Of a DNA stretch of 64,000 nt, positions 51,347 to 64,000 are shown piece after piece. The stretch's first letter is position 1. Each line of letters opens with the position of its first letter. A program made the position numbers and the translations under genes. Origin of the DNA: Lama guanicoe (lineage: Eukaryota); contig MU053881.1 of NCBI GenBank assembly GCA_013239625.1, forward strand, positions 7,401,957 through 7,465,956, in the 5' to 3' direction. The notes under the pieces are model-generated. The model did not search any database, was not told the DNA's origin, and saw only the letters and a list, made by a program, of their open reading frames with translations.

Positions 51347-51963
51347 TTTTTTTAACATTTTTTATTGATTTATAATCATTTTACAATGTTGTGTCAAATT
51401 CCAGTGTTCAGCACAATTTATCAGTCATTCATGGCCATATACACACTCATTGTTACATTTTTTTCTCTGTGAGTTATCATAACATTTTGTGTATATCTCC
51501 CTGTGTTATACAGTGTAATCTTGTTTATCTATTCTACAATTTTGAAATCCCAGTCTGTCCCTTCCCACCCTCCACCCCCCTGGTAACCACAAGTCTGTAT
51601 TCTCTGTCTGTGAGTCTATTTCTGTCCTGTATTTACGCTTTGTTTTTGTTTGTTTGTTTGTTTTTGGTTTTGTTTTTTAGATTCCACATATGAGCAATCT
51701 CATATGGTATTTTTCTTTCTCTTACTGGCTTACTTCACTTAGAATGACATTCTCCAGGAGCATCCATGTTGCTGCAAATGGCATTATGTTGTCGGTTTTT
51801 ATGGCTGAGTAGTATTCCATTGTATAAATATACCACATCTTCTTTATCCAGTCACCTGTTGATGGACATTTAGGCTGTTTCCATGTTTTGGCTATTGTAA
51901 ATAGTGCTGCTATGAACACTGGGGTGCAGGTGTCATCCTGAAGTAGATTTCCTTCTGGATACA
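51347..51963 (-). mobile_element. Young camelid L1 3' fragment nested in the hAT element
   Basis: ORF 51722..51964 is an L1 ORF2 C-terminus (FIAALFTIAKTWKQPKCPSTGDWIKKMWYIYTMEYYSAIK) with a premature TAA; its 3'UTR matches 33560-33761. Confidence 0.9.
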
Positions 51964-53044
51964 AATTTTCAATCTTGACCCGGAGCTCAAAAAGTCACAG
52001 ATGGCTTATTACTGTCAAGCCATCAAATAGCTATGTAGTTGATAGGACAGGTCAGAACATTCAGCTTCTGTTTTTGACAAAAGTTCACAAAACAAACAGT
52101 TGTTCAGTCCAGAAGAGCTAATGATCACCTTCGACACAACGGATTCAGTAACACATAATAGATTCAAATATTTTCCACAAAGTACCTTCTGATGAATATT
52201 ATAATACATTAGCATAGGCTTTAAACACTTTACATTTTCACAAGCTTTGTAAGTTTGTCCAAAAAGCCTTTTTCTGCTCCACACATATTTTTATCAACAG
52301 TTATAACACATTTTAGCAGATTCCACTTCAGATTGTACTGAGTTAGTGTTTCCTCGTTTTCTCTGAAAATATTTTTGACCACAGTTTTTTCCACATGGAC
52401 TCTTCATAGAAGCTAATTTTTTCATTCACTTGAAACTCAGCATGGACTCGTCAAATAAACAACAATGGAGCTGTGCTAGTAACACCTGCCAACTTATCAA
52501 GAGCCAAGGAAAACCATCAGAAATCATCTGCCACAGTTATAAATTGATTATCGATGTTGCCTCCTACATCCTCAACTCTTGAAGCAACGACTGCCACCAG
52601 AAGGCGGGCAGCCTTAAACTACTTTATTTTCTCTGGCTACCTTTCCTCTGCTGCTACAATCAAAACTAACTTAATCATACCACCATCAAGAAATGCCTTT
52701 CCTTGGGTGTTTAATAAATGAGCCACCTGGACACTTACACTGATTGCAGTCTCATTTTCATTTTTTATTTTTAATGGAGAAATGGTGCTAATAGGAGATG
52801 TTGTTTTGAAGATTCCAATTTTTCCGGCCATTTCTTTCCTGCAGTTGATGAGTGCTTACTCCGTTATTCTGTTTTCTTTCAGCACAGCTGTGGGATCACT
52901 GTATAACAAGCACAATGCTTTCCTGTTTAATTCTGTTTAATAATCTACACTCCACTGTGCCTTAGAAGTGTGACATTTGAATCCCACTATTCTTTTCTTT
53001 TCCTGTTTTGTTTTGTTTTGACATTATGGCCATTATGCTGGTAA

Positions 53045-53096
53045 ATAAAATACAATAAAATAAAACAAAATAAAATTAAATTAAATTAAATTAAAT
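53045..53096. repeat. (TAAAA/TAAAT)n pentamer tract inside the hAT element
   Basis: aataaaatacaataaaataaaacaaaataaaattaaattaaattaaattaaa. Confidence 0.8.
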
Positions 53097-56041
53097 CTGT
53101 ATTGCTGTACAGTGGAATGCATGCCACTTGGAACACTATGGCATTATAACCGCATCCCTGAGAGTTGCAGGTTGCCAAACAGCAATGCAAAGCAACGAGA
53201 GTACCACAGACAATCTTTGTTGCAAGTCCTCAGCTCCACCACTGCAGCATGAAAGCCACCATAGATGATATGTAAATGAAAGAGAATGGCTGTATTCCAA
53301 TAAAACTTTATTCATTTATAGACAATGCACAATGGTATTTCACATAATTTTCACACATCATGAAATATTATTCTTTTGATTTCAACTTTTTAAAACTGAA
53401 AAAAAAAAGCTATTCTTAGTTCATAGTCCATACAAAAACAGGCGATGAGTTAAATTTGACCAATGAACCTGTCTGTCATCCCTTGCTATATACAATTTCA
53501 TTGTCTTCATAAACTCATGGAGAGGTGATCTAAAGGATGTTTCTTTTTTTCATCTTAGGTTTCTGATATACATGCAAACAAGTTCGTAACAACAGTGAGA
53601 TAAAGTACTTGATCAGGGACCAAAGGTAGGTGGTGATGCCAGAAGGTGAATGAGGTTGAGACTTGAAGAATACTGAAGATTCCCCCTCCTTTCAGCTTGT
53701 GACACAGGAATCTGGGTTGTTGTTGTTTATTTAATAATGTTCAAATAACAAATTATTCAACATATTAAAAGAGTTGAAAACTTGCTTGTAGTCAAAAGAA
53801 GATGAATTTTGGAAAGTTATTTTGATGGAAGGTTAATCAACTTCTTAATGGATTAGTTTCTAATATAGAAATCTTAAAGCTTCATACTGACTAGGATATG
53901 GCTTTTGTATTTCTGAAATAGAGGCTTTTTATTATAATGATTCTTTGGCACCATGGAAAAATTCTGACAAGAAAGACTGATGATCAAATATAAAAATCTG
54001 ACTAAAGTCACTTAAAGAACTTATAATTACCTTGGTCAAACAATTTTATTAAACACCATCTGTCAGACATCTGGCAATTAGGTAGTGCACTACTGACAAC
54101 TATGATTTGCATAGACTCTGAGAGATCATTGTGGAAACGAGGACTTCTCTGGCCATGACCCCGCCTGAGGTCCACTCACGTGTCGAGCTGCCTCCTGGAC
54201 CCCCCCTCCCTACCCCACATTAACGTCTCCAATTCAGAAACCAAGTTCATCAGCACAGCCACACTAGACCTGTCTCTCTTCTGATTGTTTATATCCTGTG
54301 TAACTGGTGATATGACCAGACTGCGCTGCAACTCATATGCTGGAATCCCAGCTCTGTCACTCACCTAGCTGTGCAATTTGGAGCAAGTTATTTAACCTTT
54401 CTAAGCCTCAGTTTCATGAAGAAAAAAGTGTCTAACCTTTATTAAGCACTTAACAGCATGCCAATCCCTGATTGAACACTTTATATGCATTATCTCATTT
54501 AAACCTCAAAGTAGCCTTATGAAGTAGGTAACATTATTATTCCCATTTTTGCTAATAAGTAAACAGAGGACAGAGGGGTAAGACTCCTTATGACAGCTGT
54601 GAACTACTGTGACTGCCTGTGAGTGATATCATCACCATCCACTTCACTCTCCCTTTCACTGCAAACGGTCATCTCAAAAACAGCTCTTGGATCTGCCCTC
54701 CCCTCCATACCACTACCTGGTCAAGATCCTCTTCATTTGAAACTTGGACTTGAGCTGTCTGCCTCCACTCTTGCCTCCTTCCAGCCTCTTCATCGTGTTA
54801 CTTTCAGGATGCTTTGCTCAAGCAATTGTGGCCTCCTCACATTCTGAAGATAAGCTAGGAAAAATAAACAAAGCAGTTTTTGGTAACTTGGGAGATTTTA
54901 GCATCTTTGTGAAAGCCTCAAGAGCAGATCAGAGAAATCCATCTGGACCCACATTCAGGGAAATGGCAGAAATCTCTTTCCCAAAGGCACAGTGGAAGGG
55001 AAAGATTTTACTGTCCATCTTTCTCAGAATCATAGATTTGATTTTGTTACAGTTCACTAACATGACTATAGTGTTTATTAAATATTGATATATATGTTGC
55101 TGAAAAGTCACTGTCCCAAGTGCCTGAGCTGCCCTCCTCCTACTCCTGACTTGGGAAGCCTTCAGTGGGCACCACTGGGGTCAAATGGTGCCTGCCAGCT
55201 TGTCCCCTATAGTGTGAGATGATGGACCCTCATCCCTGTGTGTCTCCCTGACTCTCAGCCAGAGTGCACGGGGACCCAGGGAAGGGAGACATCTGCCTGG
55301 AGGTAGTACTGGCATGTCAGTAGGTGAATGTCAAGGATCTCCCGACTCACCCTCCACTGGTGTCTGCCATGTGGAAACCTTTGGAAACTGCAGCCTCCAC
55401 AGTACAACTCAGTATTTTTATCATTATCTCTTGTGTTACTCATAGCAGTCATGGCAAATAGCTTCTAGGAGCGTGTTCTAAGCTGTCTAAATAGTCTGGA
55501 GCTAAAACGTGTACTTACCTAACTTCTTCTCACTGGAGGAAACTCCAGGTCCCTATCAAGACCAGAAAGACTCTAGGTAAGAAGGACATAAGCGCTTAGA
55601 AGGAATTAGCTACACTACAGGAAGCGGCAACAGCAACCACAAAGACAACCTGCAGATAAGGAGGCATTCAAAGAATTCTGCCTTAAGGTAACAATCAAAT
55701 CTCTAGAAGTGAACGTGGGAACCTGGGGCTGGAGATGAGGGAAAGTCAAAAGCCTTCCTGCTAAATAGGGTTCACTCTATTCCATTAAATGTTAATACCC
55801 TTAAGACTTACTGCTAATTAATACTCCACAGGGCTACCAGGGGGATCTGTCTAAACTGCACGACTAAGATGTCAAGGTCCTACTACACATCTCTCAGTGC
55901 ATCCTCCACACCCTTTAGGGTACTAGTTAACTCCTCTAAGAGTATCATCCAGACCTCTCATGATCAGATTCTAGCTCTCCTCTACAGCTTCATTTCCTGC
56001 CTCCTCTGCACCGCCCCCTTCTTCACCCACACTTCCCCGTA

Positions 56042-56042
<1 letters not shown>

Positions 56043-56080
<38 letters not shown>
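56043..56080. repeat. (CA)19 microsatellite
   Basis: Perfect CA run read directly. Confidence 0.95.
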
Positions 56081-56082
<2 letters not shown>

Positions 56083-57991
56083 TCACTCTATACCACATGA
56101 CACTGTACGACAGAGGTGGTGTCTTGCCACACAGAACTGTTTGAAGTCTCCTGAAAGTGTCACCAGTTCTCGTATTTCTCTGTGCTCTCGTCCATCCTCC
56201 AACACCACCCCCCCCTTACCCTCTAGGCTAAGCTGCTCTGGGAAAACATCCTTGGTAACCACTGTTCACCTCCCAACTTCTCCTCCAGTTAGACAACCCT
56301 CCTGGGTACCCACAGCAGCCCATTCCCATGAACTGCTATCCTTACTCTTTAAATGTCTGTTCTGTCCAGAAGCTCTGGGCAAATCTGGCAAAGCTCATCC
56401 TGCAAGTACAGTGACATCAACCCCGTTCCTTGTCCGTGTCTGATTAGCACGGGCTGATTCCTCATCTGGAGACACCCACATTCAGAGGTCCAGCCCCAGC
56501 AGTCCAAAGGTCAAATCTGGAGGACGATCTATTTGTTTACACAAGCACATTTGATTCTCAAAGTGTTTACTTTTTAAAAAATTGCCAACAATTAGCAATC
56601 AAGGAATTTCACCTAAACTTCTAGTTTTTCTTGAAATACATGTGAAGATCTGGCAATTAGGGTCTGCGTTTCCACAAGGCAGAGATTAGCTGAAAGTAAC
56701 TTTAGCTGCTGTTCTTTAGCTAGAGCATGCACTGTAGTTTGCCACAGTCCCCAGCACTCCCTCTTCTCTTCCCAATACTGAAGCTGAGTCTCAACTGCCA
56801 TTTATCATTAAACTTACTCTATTGTTTTTCTTAAGGTAAAGACAAAAATTTAAAAACTACTTATGGAGCTCATGTTCCATCAAAAGTGGAAAAACAAGAG
56901 AGACTGGGAGGATATACATTTCAGGGGTCATGGGAGCGGGTGTGTATGCATATAGCTATAAAGAATTGTCTTAGATGTAGGTCTGTGTCAAAAGAGTTCT
57001 TCTTAAGCTGCTATAATAAAATAAACCCAGTTTACTTCACTCATTTAAGATGCCTGCCTAGTCCCTGCAAACATCTGAGCTGTGACCCCTGGTGGGTGTA
57101 TTGGAAAAGAAGGTGGCTCACATTTCCTGGCCAATAAGGAGCTTTGGGTTGGGTGATAGCAAATCAACCCAGTCAAGTCCTCTCGTTTCAGAAGTATAAA
57201 TGGTTGATGTTCTTGGGGAAAGCAAATTGCTAGTACCAAGGGTGCCTCTTGAACAATCTCAGTCTTGGAGAAACCCAGGTCACAGCAACTACGTGGCTTA
57301 ACGGGAGACAATAAATTCCTCATTAGCACTTGTGTTCTGGCAACACGCCTCCAGCAGTTTGGGAGTGCCTCTTCCCTAAGAAGCCCGGCGCACATCTGCT
57401 TCCCACGCGGTGACTGCTACTTAACGTCCACCCACCCCAGAGAAGGGGGGGGTGCTCCTTCCCTTCACAGACGTTTATTGAGAGCCCTTCATGTGAAAAA
57501 CAGTGTGACAGGCATGGAGGAAATACTCTGGTGAACAACACAGACCAGATTCCTCCTCTCATGGAGTCTGGAGCCCACCAGGGAAGGCAGAAGATCGACA
57601 AGTACACGATAAGGTTTAACAGAGGAAATAAATGATATAAAGAGCATATGAGGGGGAGGGGGTAGAAAAGGGGAGACTGAGGGAAGGGCTCCCAGAGGAA
57701 GTAATATTAAGAAAGGACACTTGGGAAAAGAGTGTTCCAGGAAGGAGTAAACACAAATATAAGGGTCCTGCAGGGAGAACAAGTTCCAAGCATTTGGAAA
57801 ACTAAATGGGCAGTGCTGTGCGACTGGAGAGACTTGCGGTAGGAGGTGAGTTTGGAAATTAGGGAGGAACTAGAGCATGCAGGGCCTTGAAGACCGTGGC
57901 AAAGAATTTGAGTTTTACTCTAAGTGAACAGGGAAGTAAGAAAGAGACAAGAAGCCCTGGCGCTCCCAGCTGGGCTGGGGTGTCCTCCCGT

Positions 57992-58442
57992 TGAACACCA
58001 ACGATTTCCCAGAACATTAACGTCACACAAGGCTAATGTGTGGCCATGATGGACAAAGACAAAAACAGGACCACTCCGTAATTATGACAGAACACAGAAA
58101 CAAGAGGGAACATTATATAAATCACAAAAATGACCAAACATCTCCCTCTTATGGTTAATGTGAGAGACTGCTGTTTTCTTCTTTCCATTTCAACTTAGGT
58201 TCATTCTACTCTTTCATTCTTTTGGATGAGATTTATTAATATATCGAATCTAGAATTAAACCTGCTTCCTTGAACACTACCCAAATCATCAACACAAGTC
58301 CAAATCCTGTAATACAGTCTTTTCTAACATCCTCTTACTGAGACACTCTATGGTTCCTCATGGTGTATGGTCACAAGCAATAAATCCAAGTTATTCCACT
58401 TTAGGTGTGTTGTTGGTGGTCTTTTGATGGAGGGCGCTACCA
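57992..58442 (+). mobile_element. ERV1-type solo LTR (MER110-like) inserted in an L2
   Basis: cagaacattaacgtcacacaagg...aagacaaaaacaggaccactcc...aaaatgaccaaacatc...caataaatccaag...ggtggtcttttgatggagggcgctacCA. Confidence 0.65.
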
Positions 58443-58689
58443 AATTATCACTGCAGGATTTTAAGTAGGAGGTGATGTAATCTTTTTAAAAAAATTATTC
58501 TCCTTGGAAAATAAACTCTAAAGGTCAAGAATAGAAGCAACAAGACCAGTTCAAGACTGTTTCAGCACCCGAGGAAAGATGATGGTAGACTGGGTCAAAG
58601 TGGTGGGGCAAAACAGTCAAATTCAAGATACACTTTAGATGTGTTGTCATCAGGACTTGCTTGTGAAGTGGATGGATGCATAGATAGAC

Positions 58690-59110
58690 ATAAGTAGACA
58701 GCCAAAGTCAGAGACCCAAAATAAAATTAGCTTAAACAATACAGAAGCCTATTTCTTATCACATAAAGTCCTAGGTGTCATTGCACCTCTGAGGATTTAG
58801 CAGGGATGCAGGCTCCTTCTTTGTTGCTATTTCACCACCCCTCAGGTTTACAGACATTAAGGGCCTGATCCAGGATGGCTTGCCACCACGTTCCCATGCC
58901 AGCCAGCAGGAAGGGGGATGGGGAAAGAAGAGGGCATGGCTGGCAAGTAGCACTTGTCACTTTTGCTAACATTCCTTTGGCCAGGATCAGGTTCCACGGC
59001 CACATCTAACTGCAAGGAAGTTTGGGAAATTTCCAGCTTTTATTCTGTATGGCCACATGTCCAGCTAAATTGTCTATTACTGTGGAAGAATAGGGAAACA
59101 GTTGTTGAGC
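58690..59110. mobile_element. Old MaLR (MLT1J/K-like) LTR
   Basis: gcttaaacaatacagaagcctatttc...caggctccttc...ttggccagga...ggccacatctaactgcaaggaagtttgggaaat. Confidence 0.6.
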
Positions 59111-59293
59111 CAGTGGAGAGGAAAGACAGAGCCTGGCTGGAGTTTGTTAAGGAGAAAATATAAGATATATAAGATAAGGAAATAGAATAGTGAGTATAAG
59201 CAACTCTTTGTAAAGAATTTTACTGGAAAGTAGAGCAGATAAATGGGGTGGTAGCTGGAGGAGACCACAGAATGAAGGAGAAGTTAAATGAGG

Positions 59294-59753
59294 TGTGGTG
59301 ACCACGGAAATGTGCCATTCAGATCTCCTACTGTGAAGAACATAATTGACTATGGTCCCTGGTGCTATGTTCTGAAAATCTTTCCTCCACAGTCACACCA
59401 AGGCTGTACACTTCCACGGGCTGCTCACAGCCAGTGACCAGGAGTGGCAGGGAGAACAAGGCAGGCATGTTCCTCCATGACGCAGGACTCCTCTGACCAG
59501 CAATTTTGGCTTAAGGACTCCTCCGGAGCGTTGCCAAAACTCAGAATTGCAATCCAATCCAAGACCTTTCTTCATCCCTCCCTTCCTTCCTTCTCAGCTT
59601 CGCAGGGGTGAAATCTGCACCGTGATCCGACGGCTCTCCCAGTCTTCTTCCATCTTCTCTCACAGGTGGTCTGTGAAGGAAATGCTCAGATACACTTTTT
59701 GCATATCTAGCTCTGTCTTGGAATCTGCTTCTTGGAGAACCTGAACTGATGCA
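59294..59753 (+). mobile_element. ERVL LTR16-like solo LTR
   Basis: TGTGGTGACC start, ends ctgtcttggaatctgcttcttggagaacctgaactgatgCA; near TSD tgagg/agagg. Confidence 0.7.
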
Positions 59754-60453
59754 AGAGGAGATGTTGAGGCATGCCTGTAACCTGATGAGGATCCTGGCAT
59801 GATCTAAAAGTGATCGTCTTAAGGGAGACGGGTCATTACAGGAGACAAGCCCTTGAATATGTGAGATGCACTGGGAGGCATGTCTTTAGATGGGGGTACA
59901 CAGAGTCAGCTGTTATTAAAAGGGGAAAGACAGAAGACCTGAGTGCAGATCCAGGTTAATAGGTACATGTGATGGAAGGAAACAAAGGTAGTTCTTTCTC
60001 TCTGTTTCATCCTACAATGAGAGGTAGTATTGTGAGCTGGGTGACAGCTGGATTCTGGAATCAGCCTGACTGGATTCGAAGGTGAATTTCTTCAAGTATT
60101 TGTGTCTGTGCGTGACTTTGTTTCAGTTCCCTCATCTTGAAGACGGAGCTATTCTGCAGCACCTACTTCAGACAGTTGAGAGAACTAAGGGAGTTGATAC
60201 CCAAGAGCAGGCAGAGCATTAGAATTTAGCCCGTAAAAATGAAACAAATGTTAATTTTTATTTTCTCAATAAAATATAAAGGTCATCAGCTGAGACTAAG
60301 GAATGAAAGAAGGTAAAGGAAAGAGAAGTGAAAGTCATCTTGAAGAACTGAAAATAAGCACTCGCTGGTCGTAAGATTAAAGTGAGAGAGTCAAGATGAT
60401 TAAGTGGTTTTCTTCTGCCACATTCAGCTATTTGGGCACAGACATAAATTAGG

Positions 60454-60637
60454 TCAGTGATTCGCCACTCTGGCTGCAATCAGGATCACCTGGGGAGCTT
60501 TTAAAACTTAACTAATATCTCAGGTCCTCCCCACCCCACCCCATTCTGATTAATGGGGTCTGGGATGGGAGCCCAGCAGACTTTTAAAGACACCCAGGTG
60601 ATTCTAATGTGCAGCCAGAGCAGAGAAGGACCAGGAT
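60454..60637. mobile_element. MER5-like hAT MITE
   Basis: ggatcacctggggagcttttaaaa...ggtctgggatgggagcccag...cccaggtgattctaatgtgcagccag. Confidence 0.7.
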
Positions 60638-62189
60638 GAGGGAAGAGTTTCACTGAGTTAAACTGAGGTGGGTTTAGCTGAAGGTTGGGGTTTTTCCAGG
60701 GGAATTCAGAGGAGGAGCGATCAGCAGAGGGATTAGTTACGGACAATAAAATCTAAGATAGTTAAGGGAAAAAATGAAAGGCTTTCATGATGGAGAGTGA
60801 AAAAATGGTAGAGTCCAGGGCTTGGAGTACCCACTGGAGTAAAAAAGTATTACTGTGGGAGGGACCCTTGAGCAGAGATAACTCATGATTATATATCTTT
60901 AACCGAAATGCCAAACACACTACCCTCAAATGTTCTATTATATAAGCAACAACACAAAAATTTAATAGACGTACACTGTGAAAATTTTTCTCTCTTTGAT
61001 CACTCTTTTTCAAATTCTAGCCTAAGGAATTATTTGACTCCAATTGACCTAAGGTGCTTTTGTTCTAAAAGGATCAGATTTTTGTCCTAAAAGGATCACT
61101 GTGCTAGAAGTTCAGTTATAGAGGACAAAATCTACTCTACCTATATGTTAATATAGGTGGGAAATCGTGTATTACAGAGTATTAACTGGATCACAAAACT
61201 GATAAAAGGGTTGAAGCAACCGATACTGGATTTTCAGGACTAAGTTACGACCAAAGCTACACTGTGGAACCGGGCTTAGCAATTCTTACAACCACCATGG
61301 TTGATGTCCTCCTTTTGCGGTAAATAAGCAAGATAAAGAACAAAGAAAACCACCCAGTTACAGTGGTACCTAATATAAACCAATGCAATCTTAAGTCATT
61401 TGCCTATTGCTACTTAAGTGAGATAGAAAAGTGCTAATAAGTGTTAGAAACTATATTTTATTTTGCAAGGTGTCTAAAAAGTCAAGAAACTTGGAGTAAA
61501 CTTGAAGAGTTATTGGTTACTTTGTCAAATAAAATGCTCAGTATATTTTTCTTCATCATCTTGGTAACTTTTCAGGTGGGGTGCCTCTACATTTAAGACA
61601 ATGGGTCCAATTGTTAATCCAAAAGATGCACAATAAATAATATTTTCCTTGTCACACTTCTTCCAGGTTAGCAATTAGACCCATTGCTTAAAATTTAGAA
61701 TATTTCACCTGAAATTTTATGGAATATATTATTTCTAAATGTACCTAATATACCATGTAAACATAAGCTTATCCTGTTCCCCAACTCTGTGGACAGTTTG
61801 CATAGTAAAAACAGCTCAGGTCAGCTCTCTTCTCCTTACTTTTAATGCTTAGAACCAAAATGAAGTTATTAAAAAAAAAGAGGGTTTACAACCAGAATCT
61901 AGAAGAAATGTGGAACAAATGATTTATGGTAAAGAATTCACTGTAACCAGATAGGAAAAAATATTGTTTCAAAGGGCTGTGTCTTCAGCTAATATGCTAG
62001 AAGAAATCACCTTATTTTGGTTTTAAATTTCACCATTCTTATTCTCTTTTGAGTTATTCTTTGCTGGTGCTTCTTTTTAGTTTCTTTGTTGACTTTTTTT
62101 TGTAGTCTTTTTCTGTATAAGGTATCTCTCAAGGCTCACAAGAAGTATCATTATTAAAAAGAATACTAGACGTGGGGTCAAAATTTCTG

Positions 62190-63516
62190 GATTAAAAAAA
62201 GAAAATTACCTTGGCTTAACAATTATATCTGAAATACATTTAGAATTAACATTTGTATTAGGTGGAGCTAGGGATCAAGATCAACTTTTCCCAATATGTT
62301 ATGTAAATTGACTAAATGTTATTTTTCAAAAATTCTACCCTTCCCCCTGCATTTGTGATTCTTTTTAGTCACAAATCAGATGAGCAAATGTGTTTGTCTC
62401 TGTTTATGGATTCTTTTTCTCGTCCTTTGAAATAGGTCTTTGTGTTTGCATTTGTATCACACTGAATTAATTATCATCTTTTAACAGGCCTCTATATCTG
62501 TTAGTAAAAGTCCTCCATCTTTCTTCTTCTTCAAGATTTTCTTGGATATTTTTGGCTTTTTGCATTTCCACATACATTTTAAATCAACGCGTCATGTTCC
62601 AAAAAAAAAAAAAAGCTTGCAAGGAGTTTTATTGAAATTGTGTTGAATCTTTAGAGCAATCTGAAGAGAAGTGATGTCTTTATTATGCTATATTCTGCCA
62701 TTTATTTAGACCTTTATCTCCATGATGTTTTGAAGTTTGCAGTGTGACAGACGTCTTCTACATCTTTTTGTTGACTTTATCCCTAGGCATATGGTATAAT
62801 TTATGCCATTATAAATAGTTGAATTTCAAATTTTTCACTTCTATTTGTTTTTACCTGGTATAAATTGGTTTTTAAAAATTGATTCAGTACTCAATTTTAC
62901 TAGTTTATCTACAAAATGTTTTAGATTTTTCTACACATGCTGTAGTAGCATCTGCAAGTAATGACATTTAAAAACTTCTAACTTTAACATAATTTCAGAC
63001 TTACAAAAGTTTCAGTGTGTGTGTATATGCATGTGGATGTATGTTTTTGTGAATCACTTGAGAATAAAGTGCAGAACAAGACGCCCTTTTGCCTTGATAT
63101 ACATCACTGTGCATTTCTTAAAAATAAGGGCAGCACAATTATCAAATTCAGGAAAATAACACTGACAAAATACTATCAGCTAATCAAAGTTCTCATTCAA
63201 ATTTTGCCAGTTGTCCCCTTAATATTCTCTATGGCAAAAGAAAATTCCATGTGGCAAGCTGTATTCACTTGTTACATGTCTCTTTAGTTTCCTTTAATCA
63301 GGATCAATTCCTCCACTTATCTGCCATCCCTGATCTTGGCATTTTGAAGAGTACGGGCCAGATATTGAATAGAATACCCCTCATTAGGGTTTCAGAATGT
63401 TTCCTCATGATTAGATGCAAGGCATACTTTTTCTGGCAGGAATACCACATTCGTGACCTTATGTTTTCCTCACTGCTTTATATAAGAAGGCACATGCTAT
63501 AAATCTGTCTTCTTAC
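62190..63516 (-). mobile_element. Old L1 fragments (L1M ORF2 and L1MB/MC 3'UTR)
   Basis: T-rich antisense L1 motifs (ttttcttggatatttttggc...ttttattgaaattgtgttgaatct; ataatttcagacttacaaaagttt...tttcctcatgattaga). Confidence 0.65.
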
Positions 63517-64000
63517 TGTCATGGGTAAAACCCGCTGGAGTCCCTGGGAAAAATAAGATGGAATCTAGATAAGGGCTAATCTTAGTCTAGTTTCACTTGC
63601 CTACCAGGGGCAGTGTGCAGAGGCCTTGGACCGAACACATCGGTTTACAGTTCTCAGTGCAGAACCACTGTGCCCAACACTCCAACTTGGTGAGCCGTGC
63701 ACAGAGGCACTGAGAATGACAGCTCAAGCCAAGATAGTGCACCACGTGCAGAAATGCTACGCCCGGCACTTCAGTCTGACGTGAGCACCACGACTGTGCC
63801 CGACACACAAGAAGTTCCTCCCTCCCTCCACAATCAAGAACCGGCCAATGGCCTGTTGAGGAGAGTGTGTACCCTAGAGCTCACACCTCTCTATTCTTTG
63901 CTCACAAAACTGAACTTTCTTTTACTTCTAAACTGAACTTGGTCTCGTTCTATTGGTTCCAACGACACTAGGCAGGAGGATCCTTCATGGGGACCGACTC
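63517..64000 (+). mobile_element. Probable ERVL LTR (MER73/MER74-like), runs off the window end
   Basis: Abrupt switch from L1 to tgtcatgggtaaaaccc...; LTR-like 3' portion ctattggttccaacgacactaggcagg. Confidence 0.45.

Larger units (their letters stand above)
49791..53485 (-). mobile_element. Near full-length fossil hAT-Charlie transposon (Cheshire/MER58 family) with pseudogenised transposase
   Basis: Left TIR tagaggttggcaaac, right TIR gtctgtcatcccttg; MER58-type subterminal sequence at both ends; minus-strand transposase remnants: KALCLL near 52925, ENETAISVSVQVAHLL...GKAFLDGGMIK, WFSLALD at about 52496-52516, IHQKVLCGKYLNL...SGLNNCLFCELLSKTEAE; multiple stops and frameshifts. Confidence 0.85.

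Noticed and set aside
52015..52831. GTF2IRD2/ZBED-like peptide fragments as a possible domesticated transposase gene
   Set aside because: Multiple stops and frameshifts, two nested insertions and retained TIRs indicate a dead transposon
53600..64000. Exons of the neighbouring upstream gene (SPDL1 by human synteny) or a processed pseudogene
   Set aside because: No recognisable coding exons; the region is mostly L2/MIR/LTR/L1 and AT-rich unique sequence

Overview
This is mammalian genomic DNA, most likely camelid (Camelus/Vicugna/Lama), judged from three copies of a tRNA-Ala-derived vic-1-type SINE. The window holds the 5' end of DOCK2 (haematopoietic Rac GEF) on the minus strand. That comprises a GC-rich TATA-less promoter with tandem ETS/PU.1 sites, the start codon at 48258, and coding exons 1-10 (43, 84, 41, 56, 97, 149, 136, 155, 82, 136 nt = 979 nt). 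All splice sites are GT-AG and the joined frame is open; the gene continues off the left edge. The rest is introns and about 15.7 kb of upstream intergenic DNA filled with MIR, L2, L1, ERVL/MaLR/ERV1 LTRs and hAT elements. Repeat family names are from recognition, not a database search. The most notable structures are a near full-length fossil Cheshire/MER58-family hAT transposon about 1.5 kb upstream of the ATG carrying two nested insertions, a 3'-deleted old L1 in intron 1 with two younger L1s nested in it, two perfect inverted repeats, and several immune transcription-factor motif clusters in introns. I found no convincing evidence of a novel biological system. Almost all short ORFs in the track are noise or transposon remnants.
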